64,000 bases of DNA. Origin: an uncultured Chloroflexia bacterium. Its GTDB lineage: Bacteria > Chloroflexota > Chloroflexia > QHBQ01 > JADMIH01. Below are positions 29,623 to 39,088 of this stretch, piece by piece. The notes under the pieces are model-generated. The model saw nothing but the letters and a program-made list of their open reading frames with translations, ran no database searches and had not been told where the DNA came from. The position numbers and the translations under genes are program-made. The stretch spans positions 352,001 to 416,000 of the forward strand of contig CAWCNY010000006.1 in NCBI GenBank assembly GCA_963797095.1, given 5' to 3'. The first letter of the stretch is position 1. Every line of letters begins with the position of its first letter.

Positions 29623-30947
29623 CCCTTGCCACCCCTGCAAGCGACACACTCCACTTGCGCGGCCCCGCCCGCCCCCTCCTGGGCGAAGTGCGCGTGCCGG
29701 GCGATAAATCTATATCCCATCGTGCTCTCATGCTGGGGGCCATAGCCTCCGGCACCACCCGCATCACCAACTTCCTCCCCGCCAACGACTGCCTCGCCAC
29801 CCTCGAAGCGGTGCGCGCCCTCGGAGCCGAAGTAGAGTATCTCCCCGCAGGCGACCTCCTCATTCACGGCTGCGGCCTCCACGGCCTGCGCGAGCCTTAC
29901 CGCCCTATCGAGTGCGGTGGCTCAGGCACAACCATGCGCCTCCTCTCCGGCCTGCTGACGGGCCAACCCTTCTACAGCGTGCTTGCCTCCAACACCCAGC
30001 TAGGCAAACGCCCGATGGATCGCGTAGCCATCCCCCTTCGCCAGATGGGCGCGACCATCCTCGGCAGAGAAAACGGCAAGTTCCCGCCTCTCTCCATCTC
30101 CGGCGGCAACCTGCACGCCATCACCTACCGCCCGCCCGTCGCCAGCGCGCAGGTTAAGTCCGCCATCCTCCTCGCGGGGGTTTTCGCCGCTGGCCGTACT
30201 GTCGTCCAGGAACCTCTCCCCACCAGGGACCACACCGAGCGGATGTTGCAGGCGATGGGTGGCTCTGTAGAAACTCAGGATGGGACGGTCGCCATCGAGC
30301 CGCCTTCCTCCCTGGCCGCCCTAGACATCCATGTTCCCGGCGATATCTCCTCCGCTGCCTTCCTCCTGGTAGCTGCCTCCATAGTGCCCGGCTCCCGCCT
30401 GATCGTGCCGCGTGTCGGGATCAATCCGGGGCGCACCGGCATCCTGGACGCCTTGACCCGAATGGGCACGCAGATAACTTTACATAACAAACTGGTCGAA
30501 GCCAACGAGCCGGTGGCCGACATAGCGGCTTCCCACTCCCACCTTCGCAGCATAACTATCCCCCCTGAGGATGTGCCCGGCATAATAGACGAGCTTCCCG
30601 TGCTCGCTGTTGCCGCCACCCGGGCCGAGGGCGTAACCGAGGTGCGCGGAGCCTCTGAGCTACGCGTGAAAGAGACCGACCGCATAGCCACCACGGCGGA
30701 CGAGCTACGCCGCATGGGTGCTTCAATCGAAGTCCTACCCGATGGCTTCCGCATTCAAGGCCCCACCCCCCTCCGTGGCGCGCACGTCAGCAGCCACGGC
30801 GATCACCGCCTGGCGATGGCTCTCGCCGTGGCTGCCCTCGTTGCCGGTGGAGACACCGTCATCGATGGCGCGGCCTGCACCCATGACAGCTTCCCCGGCT
30901 TCGAGTCCTCCCTGTCGGCCCTTCTGGCCCAGGAGTTTCCCGCATGA
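29619..30947 (+). CDS. aroA: EPSP synthase
   Basis: PGDKSISHR, SAQVKS, RDHTE, RVKETDR, DHR. Confidence 0.97.
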   Translation: MTLATPASDTLHLRGPARPLLGEVRVPGDKSISHRALMLGAIASGTTRITNFLPANDCLATLEAVRALGAEVEYLPAGDLLIHGCGLHGLREPYRPIECGGSGTTMRLLSGLLTGQPFYSVLASNTQLGKRPMDRVAIPLRQMGATILGRENGKFPPLSISGGNLHAITYRPPVASAQVKSAILLAGVFAAGRTVVQEPLPTRDHTERMLQAMGGSVETQDGTVAIEPPSSLAALDIHVPGDISSAAFLLVAASIVPGSRLIVPRVGINPGRTGILDALTRMGTQITLHNKLVEANEPVADIAASHSHLRSITIPPEDVPGIIDELPVLAVAATRAEGVTEVRGASELRVKETDRIATTADELRRMGASIEVLPDGFRIQGPTPLRGAHVSSHGDHRLAMALAVAALVAGGDTVIDGAACTHDSFPGFESSLSALLAQEFPA

Positions 30948-31813
30948 GCGACGAGCATCCCGAAAAGTTGGTCGGCTTGATCGGCTACCCGGTCGAGCAC
31001 AGTCTATCCCCCGTCATGCACAACGCCGCTTTCGCCCACATCGGCCTCAATTGGCGCTATGTTCTCCTCCCCGTGCCCGCGCAACACCTGTCCGAACAGA
31101 TCGGCAAGTGCCTCCAGCAGGGCTACGCCGGTTGGAACATCACCGTACCTCACAAACAACTAATGCTGGCTTACCTCGACAAAATGAGCGAGGAGGTACG
31201 GGTCACAGGCGCGTGCAACACCGTTCGCGTTCACGATAGTCGGTTGATGGGCTTCAATACAGACTCTTCCGGTTTCACGACGGGATTGGCCGAGGCCGGT
31301 GGTATCAATTCAGGCTCCCAGGTTGTCCTGATGGGTGCAGGTGGTGCCGCCCGCGCAGTCGCCTGGGCCCTTGCAACCTCAGGTCACGGCGTACTCGTCC
31401 TATCTCGCAACCCCGAACAATCCGCCTCCCTCAGCCGCGACCTGGCCCTCTCTGCCTATCTGTCAATCCGCCACGGCTGCCTCAGTCCCGCGGTCCTGAA
31501 TGACGCTTTACCAAACGCGTCGCTGCTGGTCAACTGCACCCCGGCGGGTATGTGGCCCCATACAGACACCACTCCTCTCCCCGAAGGCACAGACCTGCCT
31601 TCGCACCTTCTGGTCTACGACCTTGTCTACAGGCCTCGTCCCACCCGGCTGACCTCCGCCGCCAAGGCCGTAGGCTGCCGAGTGCAGGACGGCCTATCGA
31701 TGCTGGTCCACCAGGGCGCCGACGCATTCGAGCTATGGACAGGCTACCATGCCCCCCGCCACATAATGCGCGCCGCCTGCCTAAGCGCAGGAAGCGCAGA
31801 GGTACTCCCATGA
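30944..31813 (+). CDS. aroE: Shikimate dehydrogenase
   Basis: HSLSPVMHN, NITVPHK, NTD, GAGGAARA, DLVY. Confidence 0.95.
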   Translation: MSDEHPEKLVGLIGYPVEHSLSPVMHNAAFAHIGLNWRYVLLPVPAQHLSEQIGKCLQQGYAGWNITVPHKQLMLAYLDKMSEEVRVTGACNTVRVHDSRLMGFNTDSSGFTTGLAEAGGINSGSQVVLMGAGGAARAVAWALATSGHGVLVLSRNPEQSASLSRDLALSAYLSIRHGCLSPAVLNDALPNASLLVNCTPAGMWPHTDTTPLPEGTDLPSHLLVYDLVYRPRPTRLTSAAKAVGCRVQDGLSMLVHQGADAFELWTGYHAPRHIMRAACLSAGSAEVLP

Positions 31814-31896
31814 GCAGAAAGGATGCAGGGGGCGAAGCCCCATGACAGGAGGATTGGGGTATGTTCCTGCCAGGCGTCCATGCTACCCAAGCAAAA

Positions 31897-32025
31897 GGGG
31901 GTGCAGGGGTACTCCCCTCACAGGGGGATTGGGGGTGTCCCGCCAACTCTACTTCTTCTTTCGTCTTCTCCCCTCTCCCCGAACACGGGGTGCCGACGAA
32001 GGAGGCGGGGGGCCGGGGTGAGGGG
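31897..32025 (+). repeat. Composite G/C-run REP-like element, copy 1
   Basis: GGGTGCAGGGGTACTCCCCT..GGGTGTCCC..CCCCTCTCCCCGAACACGGG..GGGG shared with 35536 and 50232; degenerate partial copies at about 31795-31870. Confidence 0.85.
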
Positions 32026-32099
32026 CGTGTAGGAAGCCCCAACCTATCCATCAAAGAAATCCATCAAAGAAAACACCAGAAAAGAAAGGCAACCACACC

Positions 32100-33254
32100 A
32101 TGCTCCATAAATTCCTCACAGGCGGCGAATCCCACGGCCCCTCCCTCACAGTAATAGTGGAGGGCTTCCCCGCCGGCCTCCCCCTCCCACCCGAAGAGAT
32201 CAACCGCGATCTGGCCCGTCGTCAGGGTGGCTACGGTCGCAGCGGCAGACAACACATCGAGCGCGATGAGGCCATCTTCCTCGGCGGCGTAGAGAACGGC
32301 ATCACCACCGGCGGCCCCATAGTCATGCAGATCGCCAACCGCGACTACGCCAACTTCATCAAAAAGGAGCACCCCCGCCTCACCTCCCCCAGGCCCGGTC
32401 ACGCCGACCTCGTCGGTGCCATCAAATACAGGCTCGACGACATGCGCACCGCCCTCGAACGCTCAAGCGCCCGCGAGACCGCCGCCCGCACGGCAGCAGG
32501 CGCGGTGGCTCGCCTCCTACTCCGCAACTTCGGCATAGAAGTCGGCAGCGTAGTCACCGAGATCGGCGGTGCATCCTCCACCTCCATAGACTTCTCCCAA
32601 CCCCAAAGCCTCCTCGAAGCCACCGAAGACTCCCCCGTGCGCTGCCCCGATCCCGCCGCTACCGAAGAAATGAAAGCACGCATCGACCACGCCCGCCGCA
32701 CCGGCGATACCGTTGGCGGTGTCTTCATCGTGTGGGCCACAGGCCTCCCCGTGGGGCTTGGCAGCTACGTCCACTGGGATAGGCGGCTAGACGGTCTTCT
32801 CGCCCAGGCCGTCATGAGCATCCAGGCCATCAAAGGCGTGGAGATCGGTGACGCCTTCGAGAACGCCCGCATGAATGGCCGCAACGTCCACGACCAGATT
32901 TACGCCAACGGCAACGGCCTTGAGCGCCGCACCAACCGCGCAGGCGGCCTGGAGGGTGGCGTCACCACTGGGCAGGTGCTCCTGGTGCGCGCCGCCATGA
33001 AACCGATCTCCACCACCATCAATCCACTCCAGACAGTGGACCTTGCCACCGGCGAGCAAACCACCACCCAGTACCAGCGTTCCGACTTCTGTGCCGTCCC
33101 AGCGGCGGGCGTGGTAGGCGAGGCCATGGTAGCATGGGTGCTGGCCGAAGCCCTACACGAAAAGCTAGGCGGCGACAGCCTCCCAGAAATGAGCGAACGC
33201 TTCACCCAACTACCCGCAACCGTAACAATGGCCCAACCGGTAACTGACAACTGA
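32100..33254 (+). CDS. aroC: Chorismate synthase
   Basis: GESHG, RRQGGYGR, PRPGHAD, SARETA, MKPIST, RSD. Confidence 0.97.
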   Translation: MLHKFLTGGESHGPSLTVIVEGFPAGLPLPPEEINRDLARRQGGYGRSGRQHIERDEAIFLGGVENGITTGGPIVMQIANRDYANFIKKEHPRLTSPRPGHADLVGAIKYRLDDMRTALERSSARETAARTAAGAVARLLLRNFGIEVGSVVTEIGGASSTSIDFSQPQSLLEATEDSPVRCPDPAATEEMKARIDHARRTGDTVGGVFIVWATGLPVGLGSYVHWDRRLDGLLAQAVMSIQAIKGVEIGDAFENARMNGRNVHDQIYANGNGLERRTNRAGGLEGGVTTGQVLLVRAAMKPISTTINPLQTVDLATGEQTTTQYQRSDFCAVPAAGVVGEAMVAWVLAEALHEKLGGDSLPEMSERFTQLPATVTMAQPVTDN

Positions 33255-33339
33255 CAACTGACAACTGACAACTCGCCACTCGTCCGACTACCGGCTACCG
33301 GCTACCGGCTACCGGCTACCGGCTACCGGCTACCGGCTA
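33242..33339. repeat. 14 in-phase heptamers: (AACTGAC)4 AACTCGC CACTCGT CCGACTA (CCGGCTA)7
   Basis: Read directly; contains the aroC TGA stop. Confidence 0.92.
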
Positions 33340-33355
33340 CTACCAGGAACCCACA

Positions 33356-33949
33356 ATGCCCCAACCCAACTTGGTCCTAACAGGCTTCATGGGCACAGGC
33401 AAGACCACCATTGGCCTCTTGCTCTCCCAACTGCTCAATATGCCTTTCCTCGACACCGATCACCTGATCGAAGAAAAGGTTGGCCTTACCGTCCGCGAGA
33501 TCTTCGACACTCATGGAGAACCTGCCTTCCGCGAGCACGAGCGCGCCACCTGCCTCCAACTCGCCTCCCGTCCCGCCCACGTGATAGCCACGGGCGGCGG
33601 TGCCCTCCTCGACCCCGTCACCCTTGCGGCCTTCCAACAAACAGGCATAGTAGTCCTTCTCACATGCTCACCCCATGCGCTCATCCAAAGGCTAAGGGAA
33701 TCCGCCCTCCGAGGTGAGCGCCCCCTCCTCCGCCACGATTTCGAGGAAGCCACCCGCAGGCTCCTGGCCGAGCGCGCCCCCATCTACTCCTCTATCAAGC
33801 TGCAACTTGACACCACCCACCTCTCTCCCGGCGAGGCCGCCGACCGCGCCCTCACCCTCTATCTCAACGCGGCCCACGCCGCCCACGAGGAGCCACACCA
33901 TGAACACCACCCAAGCCACACAGTTGGGCGTCCGCACCCCCTCCGGTAG
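33356..33949 (+). CDS. aroK: Shikimate kinase
   Basis: GFMGTGKTT, DTD, GEPAFR, ATGGG, RPLL. Confidence 0.95.
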   Translation: MPQPNLVLTGFMGTGKTTIGLLLSQLLNMPFLDTDHLIEEKVGLTVREIFDTHGEPAFREHERATCLQLASRPAHVIATGGGALLDPVTLAAFQQTGIVVLLTCSPHALIQRLRESALRGERPLLRHDFEEATRRLLAERAPIYSSIKLQLDTTHLSPGEAADRALTLYLNAAHAAHEEPHHEHHPSHTVGRPHPLR

Positions 33950-34997
33950 CTACGACATCCTGCTAGGTCGTGACCTCATCGACCAGCTCGGCGCAATCGC
34001 CGCCGAGCGCGGCCTCGGCCACACGGTCGTGATAGCCACCGACGACCGTGTGCCCCCCATCTACGCGCAGGACGCCGCTCTTTCCCTGCAAGCCTCCGGC
34101 TTCAACCCCCACATCGCCGTCATGCCATCCGGCGAAGCCCACAAGCAGTGGGAATCGGTTTCCCTCTTTATCGACGCTTTCATCCGCGCCGGGTTGGACC
34201 GCACAGGCTGGGTCCTCGCCATCGGCGGTGGCGTCGTGGGCGATACTGCGGGCTTCGCCGCCTCAATTTACATGCGCGGTGTGCGCCTTGTTCAGGTCCC
34301 CACAACCCTCCTCGCCATGGCCAACTCCAGCATCGGCGGCAAAGTGGGCGTCGACCACCCCTCCGGCAAGAACCTCCTTGGCTCCTTCAAGCACCCCGAC
34401 CTCGTGGTCGCTGACCTCCACACCCTCTCCACCCTCCCCTCGCTTCAGATCGCCTGCGGCATGGCCGAGATCATAAAAGCAGGCATAATCGGCGACCCCG
34501 ACGTCTTCGATCTCATTGAGCACACCGATCCCACAGCCCTCGATTACTCGCAAGCCCTCCTGCGCGCCATCAACGTCAAGCGCACCATAGTAGAAGACGA
34601 CCCCTACGAGACAGGCGACCGCGCGCTCCTCAACCTGGGCCACACCTTCGGCCACGCCATCGAAGCCTGCACCCACTACTCTCGTCCTCACGGCGTGGCC
34701 GTAGCGCAGGGTATAATGGTGGCCTCTCTGCTAGCATCCCGGCTCGGTATGTGCAATCCCGCCCTCGTTCCACGCCTCCAATCCGCTCTTGCTCGTTGGT
34801 CCCTGCCCACCCGCTGGGGAGACCCCGACCTTGTAGGCCCCGACGCTCCCGAATCGGTTTATCGCGCCATGCTCACCGACAAAAAACGTCAGGAGGGGCG
34901 CACCCGCCTCGTCCTTCCCCAAGCCATCGGCAAAGTATCCCTGGTGGCCGACGTACCTCCCGACCTCATATTGGCCTCCCTGGCCGAACTGCAATAA
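33900..34997 (+). CDS. aroB: 3-dehydroquinate synthase
   Basis: [37 protein letters not shown]-x-AV, DKK; GAGGAG RBS. Confidence 0.95.
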   Translation: MNTTQATQLGVRTPSGSYDILLGRDLIDQLGAIAAERGLGHTVVIATDDRVPPIYAQDAALSLQASGFNPHIAVMPSGEAHKQWESVSLFIDAFIRAGLDRTGWVLAIGGGVVGDTAGFAASIYMRGVRLVQVPTTLLAMANSSIGGKVGVDHPSGKNLLGSFKHPDLVVADLHTLSTLPSLQIACGMAEIIKAGIIGDPDVFDLIEHTDPTALDYSQALLRAINVKRTIVEDDPYETGDRALLNLGHTFGHAIEACTHYSRPHGVAVAQGIMVASLLASRLGMCNPALVPRLQSALARWSLPTRWGDPDLVGPDAPESVYRAMLTDKKRQEGRTRLVLPQAIGKVSLVADVPPDLILASLAELQ

Positions 34998-35008
34998 GCC
35001 CAAAGACA

Positions 35009-35488
35009 ATGACAGCCAACACAAACACCCCCAACACAAGAATCCTCGTACTGCACGGACCCAACCTCAACCTCCTGTCGCGCCGCGAGCCTGCCGTCTA
35101 CGGCACGGCCACCCTCGCCAACATCGACGCTGCCATGTATAGCCTTGCTTCCGAACTCAACATCGAGCTTCGCATCGTTCAATCCAACCACGAAGGCGTG
35201 CTCATCGATGCCATTCACGAGGCCATAGATTGGGTATCCGGCATCCTGATCAACGCGGGAGCCTACACCCACACAAGCTACGCCATCCGCGACGCCATAT
35301 CCGCCGTCGCCCTCCCCACAGTCGAGGTCCATATCTCCAACATCTACGCAAGAGAAGCCTTCCGTCACCTCTCCGTCCTGGCCCCAGTCTGCCAGGGCCA
35401 GATCTCAGGCTTCGGCCTCCAAAGCTACCTGCTGGGTCTCCGCGCCCTCCACACAATTATCACTCAGGACAAAGGCCCAGCCGCTTGA
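35009..35488 (+). CDS. aroQ: Type II 3-dehydroquinate dehydratase
   Basis: [34 protein letters not shown]. Confidence 0.96.
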   Translation: MTANTNTPNTRILVLHGPNLNLLSRREPAVYGTATLANIDAAMYSLASELNIELRIVQSNHEGVLIDAIHEAIDWVSGILINAGAYTHTSYAIRDAISAVALPTVEVHISNIYAREAFRHLSVLAPVCQGQISGFGLQSYLLGLRALHTIITQDKGPAA

Positions 35489-35535
35489 ACTCAACTGGGG
35501 TACGGGGGTACTCACCCACTTACCAGGCCAAAAGA

Positions 35536-35660
35536 GGGTGCAGGGGTACTCCCCTCACAGGGGGTTTGTGGGTGTCCCCCAACTCTATTTCTTCTATTTA
35601 GACGCCCCTCTCCCCGAACACGGGGTGCCGACGAAGGAGGCGGGGGGAGGGGAGAGGGGT
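35536..35660 (+). repeat. Composite REP-like element, copy 2
   Basis: Closely similar to 31897-32025; follows aroQ. Confidence 0.85.
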
Positions 35661-35748
35661 GTTAACATACATAACATAGAAGGACTACAACAAAGCCAGG
35701 AGTTCTGATACAGATATATGCGCCGCCGTGCGCAACTCCCCTATTTCA

Positions 35749-35777
35749 TTGACACTCTAGGCGTCAAGTGGTATTCT
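35749..35777 (+). promoter_or_regulatory. Promoter TTGACA-N17-TATTCT with overlapping TTGAC-N9-GTCAA palindrome
   Basis: Read directly upstream of the first cyclase gene. Confidence 0.65.
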
Positions 35778-35901
35778 CCCATTGAGCGCCACATTGCAAC
35801 GCAATATGGCTCCAGGGGCGACCGGGTGGGTCGCCCCGGTGCGTAACAGGCTCACAGGCTCATACAGCCTCTTTGCTACCTCCTGCCAGGAGGCAGGGTA
35901 C

Positions 35902-38688
35902 ATGTCCAGCCTTCCCACCGGCACAGTCACGTTCCTCTATACCGATCTAGAAGAGAGCACCAGGCGCTGGGAAGCATACCCGGCGATCATGAAGGCCGCT
36001 GTCGAGAGACACGACCGGCTCTTGCGGCAGGCTATCATAGACCATGGCGGCACAGTCTTCCGCACCGAAGGCGATGCCTTCCGAGCCACCTTCACCACGG
36101 CCCCCCAGGCCCTATCTGGCGTCATAGACGCACAGCGCCAACTCCAGGCCGAGCCGTGGCCCTCCGAAGTTGCCCCCCTCAAAGTTCGCATGGCTCTCCA
36201 CACAGGCGTAGGTGAGGTGCGCGACGGCGACTATGTCGGTGCTCACCTCAACCGCGTTGCCCGCATCCTTGCCACCGCCTACGGAGGCCAGGTGCTCCTT
36301 TCCGCAGCCACTTTCGACCTCGTTCGCGATTCCCTCCCCGATGGCGTCACCCTCCGCGACCTGGGCGAACACCGCCTCAAAGACCTTCAACGCCCCGAAC
36401 AGGTCTTCCAACTCGTTATCCCCGGTCTCCCTTCCGCCTTCCCGCCCCTCCGCTCGCTCGATAACCGCCCCAACAACCTCCCCCTTCAGCGCACCCTCCT
36501 GATCGGTAGAGAAACCGAGCTTGATGCTATCCAACAACTCCTCCTACGCCCTGAGGTTGGCCTGCTGACACTGGTCGGCCCCGGTGGTATCGGCAAGACC
36601 CGACTTGCCCTCCAGGTTGGCGCTGAACTAATAGATCGCTTCCCTGATGGTGTCTTCCTCGTCTCTCTCGCTTCCGTGTCAAGCCCCGACCTCCTCTATC
36701 AGGCTACCGCTCAAGCCCTTGGTATTCAAGAAGCGGTCGGCACATCCATAGCCGACCTGGTGGCGCGTTTCCTCACCAGCAAGCTTCTGCTCCTTATCCT
36801 GGACAACTTTGAGCATATCGTAGATGCCGCTCCCGCGGTAGCGAGTCTTCTGTCTATGGCTCGCGGTCTCAAAGTGCTCGTCACGAGTCGCGAAGTGCTC
36901 CACCTCCACGGCGAGCAAGAATATCATGTGCCGCCCCTCGCCCTCCCCAACACGCGCCGCCTCCCCTCCATCGAGATCCTCTCCCAGTTCGACGCTGTAG
37001 CCCTCTTCATCCAGCGTGCGCGCCTCGTCAATTCCAACTTCCAGATCAACAACGACAATGCCCCCGCCGTCGCCGAAATATGTTTTCGGCTCGATGGCCT
37101 TCCTCTCGCCATCGAGCTGGCCGCCGCGCGCATTCGTCTCCTCCCTCCCAATGCCCTCCTTGAGCGTCTTGCCAGCCGCCTCAAACTCCTCACCGGGGGT
37201 TCTCGCGACCTCCCCGCCCGCCAGCAAACCCTCCGCGACACCATCCGCTGGAGCTACGACCTCCTTAGCTCAGGCGAGCAAATGCTTTTCCGCCGCCTCG
37301 CTATATTCGCCGGTGGCTGCACCCTCGAAGCCGCCGAAGCCATCTGCAACCGCAACGGCGACCTTGAGCTTGATGTCCTCGACGGCGTGGCCTCCCTTGT
37401 CGAAAAGAGCCTCCTCAGGAACGAATCATCTCGTCCCGGCGCATCTCAGGAGGATGACCCCCGCATCACCATGCTCGAAACTATTCGCGAGTATGCCCTT
37501 GAGCTTCTTGAGAGCGACCCTGCTGAGGCCCCCGAGATGCGCGCCAATTTCATTGCCTATTTTGAAGACCTGGCAAAAGAGGCCCAACTCCATTTGCCCA
37601 GGAGCGATCAAAAAGAATGGATCAATCGACTTGAGCTTGAATTGGACAACATCACTGCGGTCGTGCACTGGCTGCTTGATGCAGGTAAAGCGCAACGCCT
37701 GCTCCACATCGTGTGGTCCATCTGGCAGTTCTGGTACTATCGCGGCTACTTCTCCGAGGTGCTGAACTGGGTTGAAAGCGCGTTTGCACTCCCCGAAGGC
37801 AAAGCCCGCACAATTGAGCGTGCTGCCGGGCTGATGATCACCTCCATCATAGGTGCTCGCCTCGGCAACTTCGACAAAATGGGCGAATACGGTCGCGAAT
37901 CTGCCGCCATCGCCGCCGAGTTGGAGCCGACGCCCGAAGCGCGCAGCATCCGCGCCTATGCCCTCATCATGGTGGGTGCCGAAGGGGTATACCGTGAGAC
38001 CGGGCAACTGGAACGCTCTTTACTTGAAGAAAGTGTGCAAGTACTTCGCGAGATACACGATATCTGGGGCCTCGCGCTTGGCCTGCTTGATATCGGCCTG
38101 GTCGAAATGTACCACCACAACTTTGCCGAGTCGCAGGCCGCTCTCGAAGAGGGCACGGCGCTCTTTCGGCAGATTGGTGATGTCTGGGGATTAGCCCAGA
38201 TGCTCAACAGCCTGGGCGACCTCATGCGGGTTCAACAGAACTACCCGCGCGCCAAAGAGCTTTACGAAGAAAGCCTTGTCCTCTATCGTGATCTCGATAT
38301 TCGCCCCGACATTCCGGCTTCTCTGCACAATCTAGCCTATATCGCTCTCGCTCAAGGCGAGTCTGAGAAAGCCCGTAGCCTCTTCGTCGAAGCGCTCAAT
38401 TTGCAGGTCTCCTTGAAAAACAGGGGTGGAGTTGCCGAGTGCGTGGCCGGGCTTGGCGCGGTGCTGGCGGTTGAAGGTCAGGCCGAGTGGGCCACCAGGC
38501 TCTTAGCCTACGCCGATGCTGTGCGCAAAGAGGAAGGGTCGGCCTGGTGGCCCGCCGAGCGTGCCGACCGCGACCGCTACACCGCCCTCGCCCAATCGCA
38601 ACTCGACCAGGCTACCTGGGCCAAAGCCTACGCCGAGGGCCAGACCCTCACCCAGGATCGCGCCATCCAGTATGCCCTCCAACAATAA
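35902..38688 (+). CDS. Class III nucleotide cyclase + STAND ATPase + TPR protein
   Basis: [19 protein letters not shown]; [26 protein letters not shown]; TPRs; GGAGG RBS. Confidence 0.9.
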   Translation: MSSLPTGTVTFLYTDLEESTRRWEAYPAIMKAAVERHDRLLRQAIIDHGGTVFRTEGDAFRATFTTAPQALSGVIDAQRQLQAEPWPSEVAPLKVRMALHTGVGEVRDGDYVGAHLNRVARILATAYGGQVLLSAATFDLVRDSLPDGVTLRDLGEHRLKDLQRPEQVFQLVIPGLPSAFPPLRSLDNRPNNLPLQRTLLIGRETELDAIQQLLLRPEVGLLTLVGPGGIGKTRLALQVGAELIDRFPDGVFLVSLASVSSPDLLYQATAQALGIQEAVGTSIADLVARFLTSKLLLLILDNFEHIVDAAPAVASLLSMARGLKVLVTSREVLHLHGEQEYHVPPLALPNTRRLPSIEILSQFDAVALFIQRARLVNSNFQINNDNAPAVAEICFRLDGLPLAIELAAARIRLLPPNALLERLASRLKLLTGGSRDLPARQQTLRDTIRWSYDLLSSGEQMLFRRLAIFAGGCTLEAAEAICNRNGDLELDVLDGVASLVEKSLLRNESSRPGASQEDDPRITMLETIREYALELLESDPAEAPEMRANFIAYFEDLAKEAQLHLPRSDQKEWINRLELELDNITAVVHWLLDAGKAQRLLHIVWSIWQFWYYRGYFSEVLNWVESAFALPEGKARTIERAAGLMITSIIGARLGNFDKMGEYGRESAAIAAELEPTPEARSIRAYALIMVGAEGVYRETGQLERSLLEESVQVLREIHDIWGLALGLLDIGLVEMYHHNFAESQAALEEGTALFRQIGDVWGLAQMLNSLGDLMRVQQNYPRAKELYEESLVLYRDLDIRPDIPASLHNLAYIALAQGESEKARSLFVEALNLQVSLKNRGGVAECVAGLGAVLAVEGQAEWATRLLAYADAVRKEEGSAWWPAERADRDRYTALAQSQLDQATWAKAYAEGQTLTQDRAIQYALQQ

Positions 38689-39088
38689 GCCGCCACTCGC
38701 GAAACGAGTGCGGGCTGTATCCTTGCCCCTCGTCAAATGGACACAAACTGAGCACTTTCCGGTCAGGACAATGAACACCCCTAACCCCCATAATGCAATG
38801 TGGGAGGCCCATGTCCACAACTGCTCCGCTAAGCCATTCAGTACTCTTGCTCTTGTTCCATTGCCCGGTATCCTTGTAGGATGGTATACTGGCTTATCCT
38901 TCCTGCCATTTCTCCACCTAAGCGGAGATGGTGGGTGGCTACCCGGCTATCCGATCTCAATACTTCCGTTACCGGAAGTCCAGGGGTTATCTCTCACAAG
39001 GTCACTGGCATGAAATGGGCGTTGACAGGGCTGCTACTCTTTATTGCGGCCTGTTGCGCTGCTTTTCGTTGTGAAAGGAGATCTTTGC

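Noticed and set aside
33242-33339. Repeat tracts as a CRISPR array
   Set aside because: Units are 7 bp and contiguous with no unique spacers; no cas genes are present.
33714-33949. aroK-aroB fusion or programmed frameshift
   Set aside because: aroB has its own GAGGAG RBS and ATG at 33900; the open upstream frame is low-complexity shadow sequence.
38690-39088. Possible riboswitch or small ORF between the two cyclase genes
   Set aside because: Only a faint GGAA..GGGGTTA resemblance to c-di-AMP leaders, lacking the other conserved blocks; an Rfam scan would settle it.
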